Source: an uncultured Muribaculaceae bacterium
GTDB taxonomy: Bacteria > Bacillota_I > Bacilli_A > RF39 > UBA660
Length of the DNA stretch: 59,797 nucleotides
Assembly (NCBI GenBank): GCA_964370575.1
Contig: CAYJJT010000001.1
Coordinates: forward strand, 1,192 to 60,988
Direction of reading: 5' to 3'
A program made the position numbers and the translations under genes. Positions 41,024 through 53,337 of the stretch are shown here, piece by piece (position 1 is the first letter of the stretch; the number at the start of each line of letters is the position of its first letter). The notes beneath the pieces are model-generated. The model did not search any database, was not told where the DNA came from, and worked only from the letters and a program-made list of their open reading frames with translations.

Positions 41024-42381
41024 GTTTTTGAACTATCTTCCATATCCATTTCTAATTCATTACTATCCACAGATTTAATAAATGGTATTTTAGGATTACT
41101 AGCAAGTTTATTCATAGCTTTTGCTAGTATATCTTTAGTTTTATTAACAAATTTTTCCTTAAGAGAGGCATTTTTAGATAATTTTACATTGTTCAATACT
41201 TTTTCTTCAAATTTTGGTACATATATATTGTGATATTCTTTTAAAGTCATATTCTCTTTACATGGTATACGTTCATCCCCAACTGTTATAAAATATTCCA
41301 TTTCTCTTGTTTCATCATTGAAATTAAAAGTATCTGCTTCAATCATATTATTAAAACTAGCATTGCGCTTATTTTCAAATTGCTCTACTGTTTCAATTGG
41401 ACCTACAATATTTCCTTCTTCCATATTTCTAACATAATTACTATAATCTTTATCTAACATACTATTGTAATCAGATAATTGTCCATTTTGATTATTCTTA
41501 ACTAAACTATCAATTAATTCTATTTTCTTTTGATTACCATTATATTTAATATTTTCGTTATTATATTTTTCTTCTAAACTTAATCTTATATTATCATCTG
41601 CATAAGTAATTTCCTCATGTAATTTTTCCATAGCAGATAAATTTCTAGAAATTTGATTTTCTTTATTAATTAATTCACTTTTTAAATTCATAGCCATTTC
41701 ATCTGCTTGAATACTTCTATCATAATCATAAGCTTTGTTTCTTAAATCAGATAATTTTCTACTTTCTTGTGAATACACTTTTGAATAGTGTTCTTCTTTC
41801 AAAAAATTACGATGCGGTTTTAAAACATTTTTACTATTTTCTATTTTATCCACTTTATCATTTAAAGTTTCCCAAACAGAATTTCTTTCATCGCTAGGCA
41901 ATTGTTCAATTTTTGATAATAAATTTTTATAATAACTTAAATAATACTCTTTTGTGATATCATCAGTTATTTCATCTTCTCCAATATATTTTCCGTTTAA
42001 TTCGATACTCTTTTGAACATTTCCTTCATAATTAGCTGGTGGAAAAGTCCAATCAAAAGACTTTTCGATTCTATAATCTATCTCTTTTTTACCTTGAGAT
42101 TCTCTTTCTGTACTTATTTTTTCAATATTACCAGAATTTTTTATAAATTCTAATAAACCTTCTAATTTTACCTGATTACCATAAAAACTATCACCTATCA
42201 TCTCATATACACTGTCTGGAATAAAATTATTTTCCGTATATTTTTTATATGTATCTTGATTTTTTAAATTATTTTTTACTATTTGCAATTTATCTGACAA
42301 GTTTCTAGCTGACCAGCTTAAACGACTACTTAGTGAATCAATTTCACCCATAATTTCTTTTACTACTTCATTTTTTTTCAT
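41017..42381 (-). CDS. Hypothetical 454-aa Asn/Lys/Glu-rich protein (cassette gene)
   Basis: A long ORF with RBS GGAGG 7 nt before the ATG. No signal peptide or TM, and no recognisable motif. Confidence 0.6.
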   Translation of the reverse strand: MKKNEVVKEIMGEIDSLSSRLSWSARNLSDKLQIVKNNLKNQDTYKKYTENNFIPDSVYEMIGDSFYGNQVKLEGLLEFIKNSGNIEKISTERESQGKKEIDYRIEKSFDWTFPPANYEGNVQKSIELNGKYIGEDEITDDITKEYYLSYYKNLLSKIEQLPSDERNSVWETLNDKVDKIENSKNVLKPHRNFLKEEHYSKVYSQESRKLSDLRNKAYDYDRSIQADEMAMNLKSELINKENQISRNLSAMEKLHEEITYADDNIRLSLEEKYNNENIKYNGNQKKIELIDSLVKNNQNGQLSDYNSMLDKDYSNYVRNMEEGNIVGPIETVEQFENKRNASFNNMIEADTFNFNDETREMEYFITVGDERIPCKENMTLKEYHNIYVPKFEEKVLNNVKLSKNASLKEKFVNKTKDILAKAMNKLASNPKIPFIKSVDSNELEMDMEDSSKTY

Positions 42382-42410
42382 AAAATTTCCTCCAAATTCA
42401 TTTATTAATA

Positions 42411-42440
42411 AAACTAAACCCCCCCCCCCGAATTTGTCAA
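42411..42440 (-). promoter_or_regulatory. Candidate promoter with a G11 tract in its spacer
   Basis: Minus strand reads TTGACA (42435-42440), AATTC, G11 (42419-42429), TT, TAGTTT (42411-42416). Confidence 0.5.
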
Positions 42441-42481
42441 CTTGTTTTACATTGAATTTACAACCAACTTAATTGATTATT

Positions 42482-42516
42482 ATAAAAAAAGAAAACTATA
42501 AGTTTTCTTTTAATAT
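42482..42516. repeat. 35-bp direct repeat, copy B (authentic pflA 3' end and terminator)
   Basis: Identical to 40989-41023. Here it encodes the last pflA codons (..LKENL*). Confidence 0.9.
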
Positions 42517-43215
42517 ATTATATAATTCATTACATCTATCCTTATCCATAGCCGGTAATCCATCTAAACGATAATTCAATCCAAGTTCTTTATATTTATG
42601 TACTCCAAATAATTCATATGGTAAAAATTCTATTTTATCTACATTCGGAATTAGTTTGATATATTGAGCTAGTCCTAAGATATATTCTTCATTATCATTT
42701 AAAGTTGGAACCATAACTTGGCGCAACCATAATTTTTTATTTTTTTCAATACAGAGATTTAAAAATTCTATTGATTTATCAATTGAGCAAAGTGTTAATT
42801 CCTTATATTCTTTACTACGATAATCTTTTATATCATAAATAATTAAATCAGTATAATCTAATATATCATTTACATTAGAGTTAAATATTCCTGCAGTATC
42901 AATAGCTGTATGAATATTTTCTTGTTTACATAGTTTTAAACATTGTAATAAAAATTGACTTTGATATAATGGTTCTCCTCCTGAAAAAGTAACCCCACCA
43001 TTTTTTCCAAAATAAGCTTTATAATTTTTAATTTTATTTATTAATTCTTCTGGAGTTAATGTGATATTACTTTTAGAAGCCCATGTATCTGGATTATGAC
43101 AAAATGAACATCTAAGAGAACAACCTTGCATAAATACAACATACCTTATTCCAGGACCATCTAATAATCCTGCGGTTTCAATGGAATGAATATAACCTAT
43201 ATTATTTTTTTTCAT
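42496..43215 (-). CDS. pflA: Pyruvate formate-lyase activating enzyme
   Basis: Radical [14 protein letters not shown] and [10 protein letters not shown] motifs. Overlaps the pflB stop. Confidence 0.95.
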   Translation of the reverse strand: MKKNNIGYIHSIETAGLLDGPGIRYVVFMQGCSLRCSFCHNPDTWASKSNITLTPEELINKIKNYKAYFGKNGGVTFSGGEPLYQSQFLLQCLKLCKQENIHTAIDTAGIFNSNVNDILDYTDLIIYDIKDYRSKEYKELTLCSIDKSIEFLNLCIEKNKKLWLRQVMVPTLNDNEEYILGLAQYIKLIPNVDKIEFLPYELFGVHKYKELGLNYRLDGLPAMDKDRCNELYNILKENL

Positions 43216-45424
43216 GAAAAGTTCTACTTATTACTTCTAATTGTTGTTCCTTATTAAGTCTATTAAAATGCACTGCATATCCACTAACTCTTATTGTTAA
43301 GTTAGGATAATTATCTGGATTTTCCATAGCATCAATAAGTGTTTCACGGTTAAATACATTAACGTTTAAGTGATGTCCACCTTTATTAAAATATCCATCA
43401 AGTATGTTTGCTAAATTATCTATTTGTTCTTCTTCTGTATTTCCAAGTGCACTTGGTACAATAGAGAATGTATTACTAACTCCATCTTCGCAACAATCTT
43501 TATAAGAAATTTTACTTACTGAATTTAGTGAAGCAAGTGCTCCCATTTTATCTCTACCATGCATTGGATTGGCACCTGGAGCAAATGCTACACCTGCTTT
43601 TCTTCCGTCCGGTGTAGCTCCAGTTTTTTTACCATAAACTACATTTGAAGTTATAGTTAATATTGAAAGAGTATGTTTAGCATTTCTATATAATGGATGT
43701 GTTGTTAATTCATCATAGAATTTTTTTGTTATTTCAGAAGCAATCATATCTACACGATCATCATCGTTACCATATTGAGGATATTCTCCTTCAATTTCAA
43801 AGTCAACTGTAATTCCATCTTCATCACGTATAGGTTTTACTTTTGCATACTTAATTGCAGATAAAGAATCTGCAACAACTGATAAACCTGCTGCTCCAAA
43901 CGCCATTAGTCTATCAACTATAGTATCATGAAGTGCCATTTGACCTGCTTCATATGCATATTTGTCATGCATATAGTGAATAATATTCATTGCATCAACA
44001 TATGTTTTAGCAATTTTTTTCAACATAATATCAAAACTATTAATAACTTTATCATAATCTAAATATTCATCAGTCATAACCTCAATAGAATCTACTACTT
44101 TTATTTTCTTTATTTCATCTACTCCACCATTAATTGCATACAATAATGCTTTTGCTAAATTACATCTTGCTCCAAAATATTGCATTTGTTTACCAACTTC
44201 CATAGCTGATACACAACAAGCAATAGCATAGTCATTACCATACATAGGACTCATTAAATCATCATTTTCATATTGAATGGCATCTGTTTTTATACTCATT
44301 TTACTGCAATACTTTTTAAAATTTTCAGGCAACTTTTCACTCCATAATACAGTCATGTTAGGTTCAGGTGATGGACCTAAATTAGTAAGCGTGTGTAAAT
44401 ATCTAAATGAGTTTTTAGTTACTAAACTCTTACCTTCTTTTGTAACACCAGCAATAGACTCTGTAACCCAAGTTGGATCACCAGCAAATAGTTCATTATA
44501 TTCTGGAGTTCTTAAATGACGAGCTATTCTAAGTTTAATTATAAATTGATCTATAATTTCTTGAGCTTCGCCTTCAGAAATATCACCATTTACTAAATCA
44601 TTTTCAATATAAATATCTAAAAATGTAGAAGTTCTTCCCAAACTCATAGCTGCACCATTGTTTTCTTTTATTGCCGCTAAATAAGCAAAATAAACCCATT
44701 GTACTGCTTCACGAGCATTACTTGCTGGTTTTGAAATATCAAATCCATATTTAAGAGCCATCAAAGTCATATCTTCTAAAGCTTTAATTTGTTCTGTAAC
44801 TTCTTCGCGCAATCTAATTACAACTGTGGTAACATTATTTACTAATTGCTCTAAGTCATATTTTTTTGCTTTTATTAATAAATCTGTACCATATAACGCT
44901 ACTCTTCTATAATCACCAATAATTCTTCCACGTCCATATGCATCAGGCAAACCTGTTAATAAACCAGTTTTTCTAGCCATTTTAATATCATTTGTATAAG
45001 CTGAAAATACTCCATCATTATGTGTTTTACGATATCTAAAACTATCTTCTACACTTAAATCTAGTGTATATCCATAACTCTCAACAGCACTTTTACAAGT
45101 ACGCATACCACCAAAAGGATTTACTATCCTTTTTAATGGTTCATCAGTTTGAAGTCCTACAATCACTTCATTTTCGCGACTTATATATCCTGCATCAAAA
45201 TTATTGATTCCCGATATATTTTTAGTATCAATTTTATAAACACCACGTTCTAATTCTTCTTTTAATAATGGCTTTAAAGTCTCCATTACTCTTTCAGTTT
45301 TAATACTAGTATTCGCTAAAAATGATTCATCTCCGGTATATTCAGTATAATTTTCTTTAATAAAATCTTCTACATCGATTTGGTTTTTCCATTTTGTTCC
45401 ATTAAAATTTTCCCATTCTTTCAT
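43202..45424 (-). CDS. pflB: Formate C-acetyltransferase (pyruvate formate-lyase)
   Basis: 740 aa, with active-site IACCVSAM and the glycyl radical motif TIRVSGYAV. Confidence 0.97.
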   Translation of the reverse strand: MKEWENFNGTKWKNQIDVEDFIKENYTEYTGDESFLANTSIKTERVMETLKPLLKEELERGVYKIDTKNISGINNFDAGYISRENEVIVGLQTDEPLKRIVNPFGGMRTCKSAVESYGYTLDLSVEDSFRYRKTHNDGVFSAYTNDIKMARKTGLLTGLPDAYGRGRIIGDYRRVALYGTDLLIKAKKYDLEQLVNNVTTVVIRLREEVTEQIKALEDMTLMALKYGFDISKPASNAREAVQWVYFAYLAAIKENNGAAMSLGRTSTFLDIYIENDLVNGDISEGEAQEIIDQFIIKLRIARHLRTPEYNELFAGDPTWVTESIAGVTKEGKSLVTKNSFRYLHTLTNLGPSPEPNMTVLWSEKLPENFKKYCSKMSIKTDAIQYENDDLMSPMYGNDYAIACCVSAMEVGKQMQYFGARCNLAKALLYAINGGVDEIKKIKVVDSIEVMTDEYLDYDKVINSFDIMLKKIAKTYVDAMNIIHYMHDKYAYEAGQMALHDTIVDRLMAFGAAGLSVVADSLSAIKYAKVKPIRDEDGITVDFEIEGEYPQYGNDDDRVDMIASEITKKFYDELTTHPLYRNAKHTLSILTITSNVVYGKKTGATPDGRKAGVAFAPGANPMHGRDKMGALASLNSVSKISYKDCCEDGVSNTFSIVPSALGNTEEEQIDNLANILDGYFNKGGHHLNVNVFNRETLIDAMENPDNYPNLTIRVSGYAVHFNRLNKEQQLEVISRTFHEKK

Positions 45425-45441
45425 AACATACTCCTACTCTT

Positions 45442-47436
<1,995 letters not shown>

Positions 47437-47446
47437 TTACTTTTAA

Positions 47447-47620
47447 TTATGAAATATCTTTTCTTAATGATTGTGCAGCAAATGTTATAATTGAAAAGAA
47501 ACCAATTATTAAAAATGCCCAAAATAATGGATTATCACCATGATCCACAACAAATTCTTTCATTTGTTCTCCAATATCTTCTAACCATTTGTAAATGTCT
47601 TTAAAAAATAATATATTCAT
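47447..47620 (-). CDS. Small hypothetical membrane protein (57 aa; below the ORF-track cutoff)
   Basis: Hand translation: MNILFFKDIYKWLEDIGEQMKEFVVDHGDNPLFWAFLIIGFFSIITFAAQSLRKDIS. RBS GAAGGTGA lies 5 nt upstream. The ATG directly abuts the pcrA stop. One C-terminal TM. Confidence 0.45.
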   Translation of the reverse strand: MNILFFKDIYKWLEDIGEQMKEFVVDHGDNPLFWAFLIIGFFSIITFAAQSLRKDIS

Positions 47621-49717
47621 TTAATTCACCTTCTTTATACTTCTATGACCTTTCATTAATTTTCTAACTCCATGTGGGTGTGGGAATGCAATAGTTAGAA
47701 TTGAATTTGCGACTTCTACTATTACTCCACTTCCAAATGTATCATGAATAACTTTTCCACCAACATTATAACTTTCGTGAGTATTAATATTATTAGTAAT
47801 ACTTGCTGGTTTTATAACATTACTTGTTTTTTCTTCAAACTTTTTTTCTAAAAGTTCAACATTAATTTCATTTATAAATCTACTAGGAGGATTCACTGAA
47901 TCCATCCCATATATAGTACGACGTTTAGCATTAATAATCCATAAATCTTTTTTAGCCCTAGTTACTGCAACATAACATAAACGTCTTTCTTCTTCTATTC
48001 CATCACTTTCCATAAATGAATTAGTATGTGGAAATATTCCTTCTTCTAAACCAATAATAAATACATATTCAAATTCTAAACCCTTTGCACTATGTACAGT
48101 CATCATTGTTACAACATCGTTATTATTTTTATGTTCTTCCATATCTGCTACTAAACTTATTTCACCTAGGAAATCTTCTAGAGATATGATACCATTTCTT
48201 TCTTCAAAACTTTTAGTAATCGATTTGAATTCTTCTAAATTTTCTATTCTAACTTCTGCCTCAACAGTTTTTTCATTTTCATACTCACTTCTGATACCTG
48301 ATAATGTTAATATTGCTTCTACTAACTCAGTTAGTGATAACTCATTTGTAAGTTCTCTAAGTTTTACGATAATATTTTTATATTCTAATTCTTTACCGGA
48401 ATCAATCGCATCATATAAACTAGTATTATTTAAATTTGCTTTAATACTTAAATTTTCTATAGTTTTATTTCCAATACCACGTTTAGGAGTATTAATACTA
48501 CGTAATAAACTAACATCATCATTTGTATTAAAAATAATTTTTAAATATGATATTAAATCTTTAATTTCTTTACGATTATAAAAGTAAAAGCTTCCAACTA
48601 CTTTATATGGAATATTAGCTTGCAATAAAGTTTCTTCCATATTTCTACTTTGAGCATTAGTACGATATAAAATTGCTATTTTTTCTAAACTAACTCCATC
48701 TAATATTAATTTATCAATTTCATGTTTTACAAAATAAGTTTCATCCTTCTCATCCATTGCACGATAATATTTGATTTTTTTACCTTCTTTATTTTGGGTC
48801 CATAAATTTTTATCCTTACGTTCTTTATTATTTTTTATAATATCATTTGCTGCTTCTAAAATAGTATCAGTTGAGCGATAATTTTCTTCTAACATAATAA
48901 TTTTAGGTTTATTATAATCTTTTTCAAAATTCAATATATTTCTGAAATTTGCTCCCCTAAAAGAATAAATACTTTGATCATTATCTCCTACCACACAAAT
49001 ATTTTTATACTTAGAACTAATCATTTTTATTAATGAGTATTGAGCATGATTTGTATCTTGGTATTCATCTACTAAAATATATTTAAATCTATCTTGATAC
49101 TCAGCTAAGATAACCTCATTTTCAGAAAATAATTTTAATGGTAATATTAATAAATCATCAAAATCAACAGAATTATTACGGATTAATTTTTCTTGATATT
49201 GTCGGTAAACTTTTGCAGTAAGTTCTTCCTCATTAGTATTAGCAATACGTTCATAATCATCTACACTAACCATTTCGTTTTTTGCGCCACTAATTTTATT
49301 TCTAATACTTCTAGGATTAATCATTTTAATATCAATATTCATATCTTTCATTATCTTTTTAACTAATGTTAATGAATCATCACTATCTAATATTGTTACA
49401 TTTTTTAAAAATCCAAGTGCTTCATAATTTTCTTTTAAAATAGTCAATCCGAATGAATGAAAAGTAGATATTTGAATATCCCAAGCTTTAGGTCCTAATA
49501 ACCCTATTACACGTTCCTTCATTTCCTTGGCTGCTTTATTTGTAAAAGTAATGGCTAAAATAGAATCACAAGTGATTCCTATATTTTCAATCAAATAAGC
49601 AATTCTTGTAGTTAAAACTTTTGTTTTCCCACTACCTGCTCCAGCCAAAACTAATAAAGGACCTTCAGTAGTAGTAACTGCTTTTTTTTGTTGTTCATTT
49701 AATAAATCTATATTCAT
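47621..49717 (-). CDS. pcrA: ATP-dependent DNA helicase PcrA (UvrD family)
   Basis: AGAGSGKTKVLT, DEYQDTN, TVHSAKGLEF and YVAVTRAK motifs. Confidence 0.95.
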   Translation of the reverse strand: MNIDLLNEQQKKAVTTTEGPLLVLAGAGSGKTKVLTTRIAYLIENIGITCDSILAITFTNKAAKEMKERVIGLLGPKAWDIQISTFHSFGLTILKENYEALGFLKNVTILDSDDSLTLVKKIMKDMNIDIKMINPRSIRNKISGAKNEMVSVDDYERIANTNEEELTAKVYRQYQEKLIRNNSVDFDDLLILPLKLFSENEVILAEYQDRFKYILVDEYQDTNHAQYSLIKMISSKYKNICVVGDNDQSIYSFRGANFRNILNFEKDYNKPKIIMLEENYRSTDTILEAANDIIKNNKERKDKNLWTQNKEGKKIKYYRAMDEKDETYFVKHEIDKLILDGVSLEKIAILYRTNAQSRNMEETLLQANIPYKVVGSFYFYNRKEIKDLISYLKIIFNTNDDVSLLRSINTPKRGIGNKTIENLSIKANLNNTSLYDAIDSGKELEYKNIIVKLRELTNELSLTELVEAILTLSGIRSEYENEKTVEAEVRIENLEEFKSITKSFEERNGIISLEDFLGEISLVADMEEHKNNNDVVTMMTVHSAKGLEFEYVFIIGLEEGIFPHTNSFMESDGIEEERRLCYVAVTRAKKDLWIINAKRRTIYGMDSVNPPSRFINEINVELLEKKFEEKTSNVIKPASITNNINTHESYNVGGKVIHDTFGSGVIVEVANSILTIAFPHPHGVRKLMKGHRSIKKVN

Positions 49718-49781
49718 ATATCTAACTCTTTTCTACTATAACCATTTTATCATAATTAGCTTAAATTTAAAACGAACATAG

Positions 49782-49809
49782 AAAAAAATTGCAATTATTA
49801 TTTGCAATT
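49782..49809 (-). terminator. Terminator of the disrupted ABC operon
   Basis: Hairpin aattgcaa-ttattat-ttgcaatt, with a T7 run on the minus strand. Confidence 0.7.
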
Positions 49810-49816
49810 CTTTAAT

Positions 49817-50602
49817 CTATTTCACTAATCTTTTTTCAATAAAATATAGTAAGTAATACATGAACGTAGCTAATAAAGATAAAATTATAATTCCACTAAT
49901 TACTAAATTTAAATTAAACACTTGTGATCCATATACAACTAGATATCCAATTCCTTGCTTAGAAACTAAAAATTCTCCCATAATTACACCAATTAATGTC
50001 ATACTAATATTCACTTTAAGTGCACTAATTATATTATTTCTATTAATTGGTAATACTAGTTTAGTAAAAACTTGCCATTTCGATGCACCAAATGACATAA
50101 ATAATTTAATTTTATTTATATCTGTATTATTAAATGCATCACTTATTGACATTATAGTTATAATTAAAGATATTAATAAGGCCATTAATATAATTGAATT
50201 TATATTTGCACCTGCCCAGATAATTATTATTGGGCCCAAAGCCACTTTTGGTAAACTATTAATAACAGTTAAATAAGGATCTAACACTTTTAACAAAACC
50301 TTATTCCACCATAACATTGTAGCTATAACAAGACCAATTATTGAAGCAAGAAAGAAACTGATAATAGTTTAGTATATTGTTGTCCATATATGATTGAAAA
50401 GATTATTAGCTATTGCTAAATCATATATGGTTTGGAAAACTAGTTTTGGCGATGAAAATATAAATGTATTTATTATTTTGCATTGAGCTAATAATTCCCA
50501 AGTAACAATTAAAAATATTAAGATACTAAATTGAAAAATTATTATCAAATTTTTTTCTTTTTTTAGTTTTTTTAAATATTCAAAGTGTTCTCTACTAAAC
50601 AT
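49817..50602 (-). pseudogene. ABC permease (NitT/TauT, BPD_transp_1 type) interrupted by an in-frame TAA
   Basis: ORFs 50369-50602 and 49817-50317 are in the same frame. Reading through TAA 50369-50371 gives ...HIWTTIY*TIISFFLASIIGLVIATMLWWNKVLLKVLDPYLTVINSLPKVALGPIIIIWAG. Confidence 0.8.
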
Positions 50603-50931
50603 GATTATCTATCTCTTTCCAGATATCTTCATAGTACTCATAAAATTTTTTAGTTTTTCTTAACTCAATAGTGTTATTTCTTTCTTCAAAATAAATATCA
50701 AATACTTTCTTAACCAAGGCAGGTCTTTTTGATAATACTATAACTCTGTCACTCATTGTTATAGCTTCTGCTAAATCGTGTGTGACCATTATTACACTTT
50801 TTCCTTCATTTTTTATTATTTTATAAACATCTTCAGTTACTGCAATACGGGTTTGATAATCTAAAGCACTAAATGGCTCATCTAATAGTAATATATCTGG
50901 TTTTGTAGCTAATGTCCTAATTAAAGCTACT
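50595..50931 (-). pseudogene. ABC ATPase, C-terminal fragment (Walker B, H-loop)
   Basis: Hand translation upstream of ORF 50595-50789: (V)ALIRTLATKPDILLLDEPFSALDYQTRIAVTEDVYKIIKNEGKSVIMVTHDLAEA... There is no start codon or N-terminal half at this position. Confidence 0.85.
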
Positions 50932-51008
50932 GCTTGAGCACATTATAACCAAAAAAATAATTAACACAATTTAGAACAAACAATATTATAAATTGAAGGA
51001 GTGTTTTT

Positions 51009-51782
51009 ATGAACGACATTATATTTGCATTAAGTCTGACATTATTTGCAGGATTAGCAACTGGAGTAGGAAGTATAATAGCTTTATTTGTTAAAAAACA
51101 AAGCAATAAATTTTTATCACTTTCACTAGGATTTTCAGCAGGAGTTATGATATACGTTTCATTAGTTGAAATATTTGTCAAAGCAAATGAATCATTAAAT
51201 CAGGTAGTTGGACAATATTTAGGTGGATGGTTTACTGCTGCTGGTTTCTTTTTCGGAGTAATATTAATAGCAATAATTGATTATATTTTACCATCAAATA
51301 AATTATCAGAACTAGATAATAAAAAAGATAAATCTAAACTTTATCGAATGGGAGTATTCACAGCTCTAGCTATTGCTATACATAACTTTCCTGAAGGACT
51401 CGCTACATTTATATCTGCATTAGAAGATCCATCGGTTGGAATAGCCATAGCTATAGCTATTGCTATTCATAATATACCTGAAGGAATAGCTGTTTCTGTC
51501 CCTATTTATTATGCTACTGGAAATAAATTAAAAGCTTTTAAATATTCTTTTTTATCTGGTATTGTTGAACCTGTTGGTGCAATAATTGGATATTTATTAC
51601 TAATGCCTTTTATGAACGATATTGTCTTTGGATTCATATTTGCATCTGTAGCTGGAATTATGGTTTTTATTAGTATAGATGAACTTTTGCCATCCGCTCG
51701 TGAATACGGTCGACAATCACTAGTTACGTATGGAATGATATTAGGAATGGCCGTAATGTCAATAAGCTTGCTAATAATATAA
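51009..51782 (+). CDS. zupT: Zinc transporter ZupT (ZIP family)
   Basis: Multi-TM protein with duplicated HNFPEGLA / HNIPEGIA motifs. RBS AAGGAG. Confidence 0.9.
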   Translation: MNDIIFALSLTLFAGLATGVGSIIALFVKKQSNKFLSLSLGFSAGVMIYVSLVEIFVKANESLNQVVGQYLGGWFTAAGFFFGVILIAIIDYILPSNKLSELDNKKDKSKLYRMGVFTALAIAIHNFPEGLATFISALEDPSVGIAIAIAIAIHNIPEGIAVSVPIYYATGNKLKAFKYSFLSGIVEPVGAIIGYLLLMPFMNDIVFGFIFASVAGIMVFISIDELLPSAREYGRQSLVTYGMILGMAVMSISLLII

Positions 51783-51788
51783 TTTAGC

Positions 51789-53276
51789 TTATTTCCAATA
51801 ACAAATTATATTATAATTATTTTCAAACTTATCAACTACTATATATTTGATAAGTTTTTCAATTATACTTCTATTTAATTTATTTGTTATTTCATCTACA
51901 TCTATTTTTTTAACTTTACTTTTTTGCAGATGCTCTAATCTTTCATTATATATTAATAGTTTATTGGTGTAATTATCATTCAACAAATTAAACTGTTCAA
52001 AAGTAATAATGTTATTTAATTTATCATCATAAATACTTTTAAATTTATCGTTAAGTATTTCGATTTTATTTAAAATTCTATTTTTTTCTTTACTTTTATC
52101 CATTAATAGATCATTTTCAACATCATTAATCAAACTTGATGGTGAATATTTTAAAAATATAATTTTTTCAACAACATCATATAAATAGTCATACCTAATT
52201 GAATTATTATATGTACAATACTTATTTCTACATGTTAAATAAGTATATTTATTTGTAGAATTTTTATTCATATAATTACCACAATTTTTACATTTAATTT
52301 TTCTTGAAAATATAGATACTTTTTTATTTTTAGTATTTACTTTTCCTCTATCAAATCTTAATTTCTGAACTTTAATAAATATTTTTTTTGAAATTATCGC
52401 CTCATGAGTATCATATTTTTTAATCCAAAATTTTTTATCTTTTTTTATAATTTTTTTATTTTTATAACTAGAAGTTGTTCGTTTTCCTTGAATTAGAACT
52501 CCGGTATATATTTCATTTGTTAAAATACTTTTTACAGAACTACTACTCCATTTTATTTCTTCAATATCTTTTGTACTAACAATATTTATCTTATATCCAT
52601 TTTCCCGCTTATAAAGTGAAGGAGGTGATATAAAGTTATTATTTAAATAATCAGCTATTTTACTATAACCATATCCATTAATATATAACTGATATATTTT
52701 TTTTATAATATTACTTGCATATGAATCTACTTCTAATTTATTATTATTTTCTCCATCTACTCTATAACCATAAGGAGCAAATGGAGAAATAAACTCCCCT
52801 TTTTGCATTTTAATTTTAAATGCAGATCTAATATTATTCGATACCTCTTCCAAATACCACTCATTTACTAAACTATTAATTTGTCTACTCTTTTTCGTAT
52901 ATATATTATCTGTATCTACATTATCTACTAAACCAATAAATCTAACATTCCACTCTATAAATTTATTATGTAAATATTTCTCTACTATTTCAATATCTCT
53001 AGAAAATCTACTTTGACTTTTACATAGAACTATATCTACATAACCATTTTTACAATCCTCAATCATATTTTCAAATTCTTCTCTATATGATCCAGCACCT
53101 GATAAATCTTCGTCACAGTAAACTTTATAAAGCTTCCAATTATCAGTTTTATCTATTTTATCAAGTAACATATTTTTTTGATTTTTAATACTTTCACTAT
53201 ACTCATATATATTTGCTTTATCATTATCTTCATTTGATAACCTTAAATATACTGCTACATTTAATTTTTTTTCCAT
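51789..53276 (-). CDS. Large serine recombinase (TndX/TnpX-like)
   Basis: Catalytic region VAVYLRLSNED...ESIKNQK...SGAGSYREEF...KSQSRFSRD, a recombinase domain, the zinc ribbon CKNCGNYMNKNSTNKYTYLTCRNKYC, and a C-terminal coiled coil. Confidence 0.85.
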   Translation of the reverse strand: MEKKLNVAVYLRLSNEDNDKANIYEYSESIKNQKNMLLDKIDKTDNWKLYKVYCDEDLSGAGSYREEFENMIEDCKNGYVDIVLCKSQSRFSRDIEIVEKYLHNKFIEWNVRFIGLVDNVDTDNIYTKKSRQINSLVNEWYLEEVSNNIRSAFKIKMQKGEFISPFAPYGYRVDGENNNKLEVDSYASNIIKKIYQLYINGYGYSKIADYLNNNFISPPSLYKRENGYKINIVSTKDIEEIKWSSSSVKSILTNEIYTGVLIQGKRTTSSYKNKKIIKKDKKFWIKKYDTHEAIISKKIFIKVQKLRFDRGKVNTKNKKVSIFSRKIKCKNCGNYMNKNSTNKYTYLTCRNKYCTYNNSIRYDYLYDVVEKIIFLKYSPSSLINDVENDLLMDKSKEKNRILNKIEILNDKFKSIYDDKLNNIITFEQFNLLNDNYTNKLLIYNERLEHLQKSKVKKIDVDEITNKLNRSIIEKLIKYIVVDKFENNYNIICYWK

Positions 53277-53337
53277 AACCTTAAAATCACCTATTATATT
53301 ATATTTTTTAAATAAAAAAAAAGACTATTATAGTCTT

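Noticed and set aside
45425-45441. The 17-bp gap between ligA and pflB read as evidence for an unusual ligA-pflBA operon.
   Set aside because: A pflB promoter could lie within the 3' end of ligA. I could not identify or exclude one by eye, so the observation is too weak to report.
50927-50931. CTACT at both junctions read as a 5-bp target-site duplication from a DDE transposon.
   Set aside because: The element has no DDE transposase and no terminal inverted repeats, and its only recombinase is a large serine recombinase. A shared crossover core is the more economical explanation, although the exact crossover dinucleotide cannot be determined from this sequence.
50927-51181. An 84-aa minus-strand ORF spanning the left junction of the element.
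   Set aside because: It overlaps the zupT start region antisense and has no RBS. It exists only because the ATPase fragment frame stays open briefly across the junction.
51441-51470. Tandem-looking DNA repeat atagccatagctatagctattgctatt inside zupT.
   Set aside because: It encodes the hydrophobic AIAIAIAI stretch of a transmembrane helix next to the HNxPEG motif. This is a coding constraint, not a repeat element.
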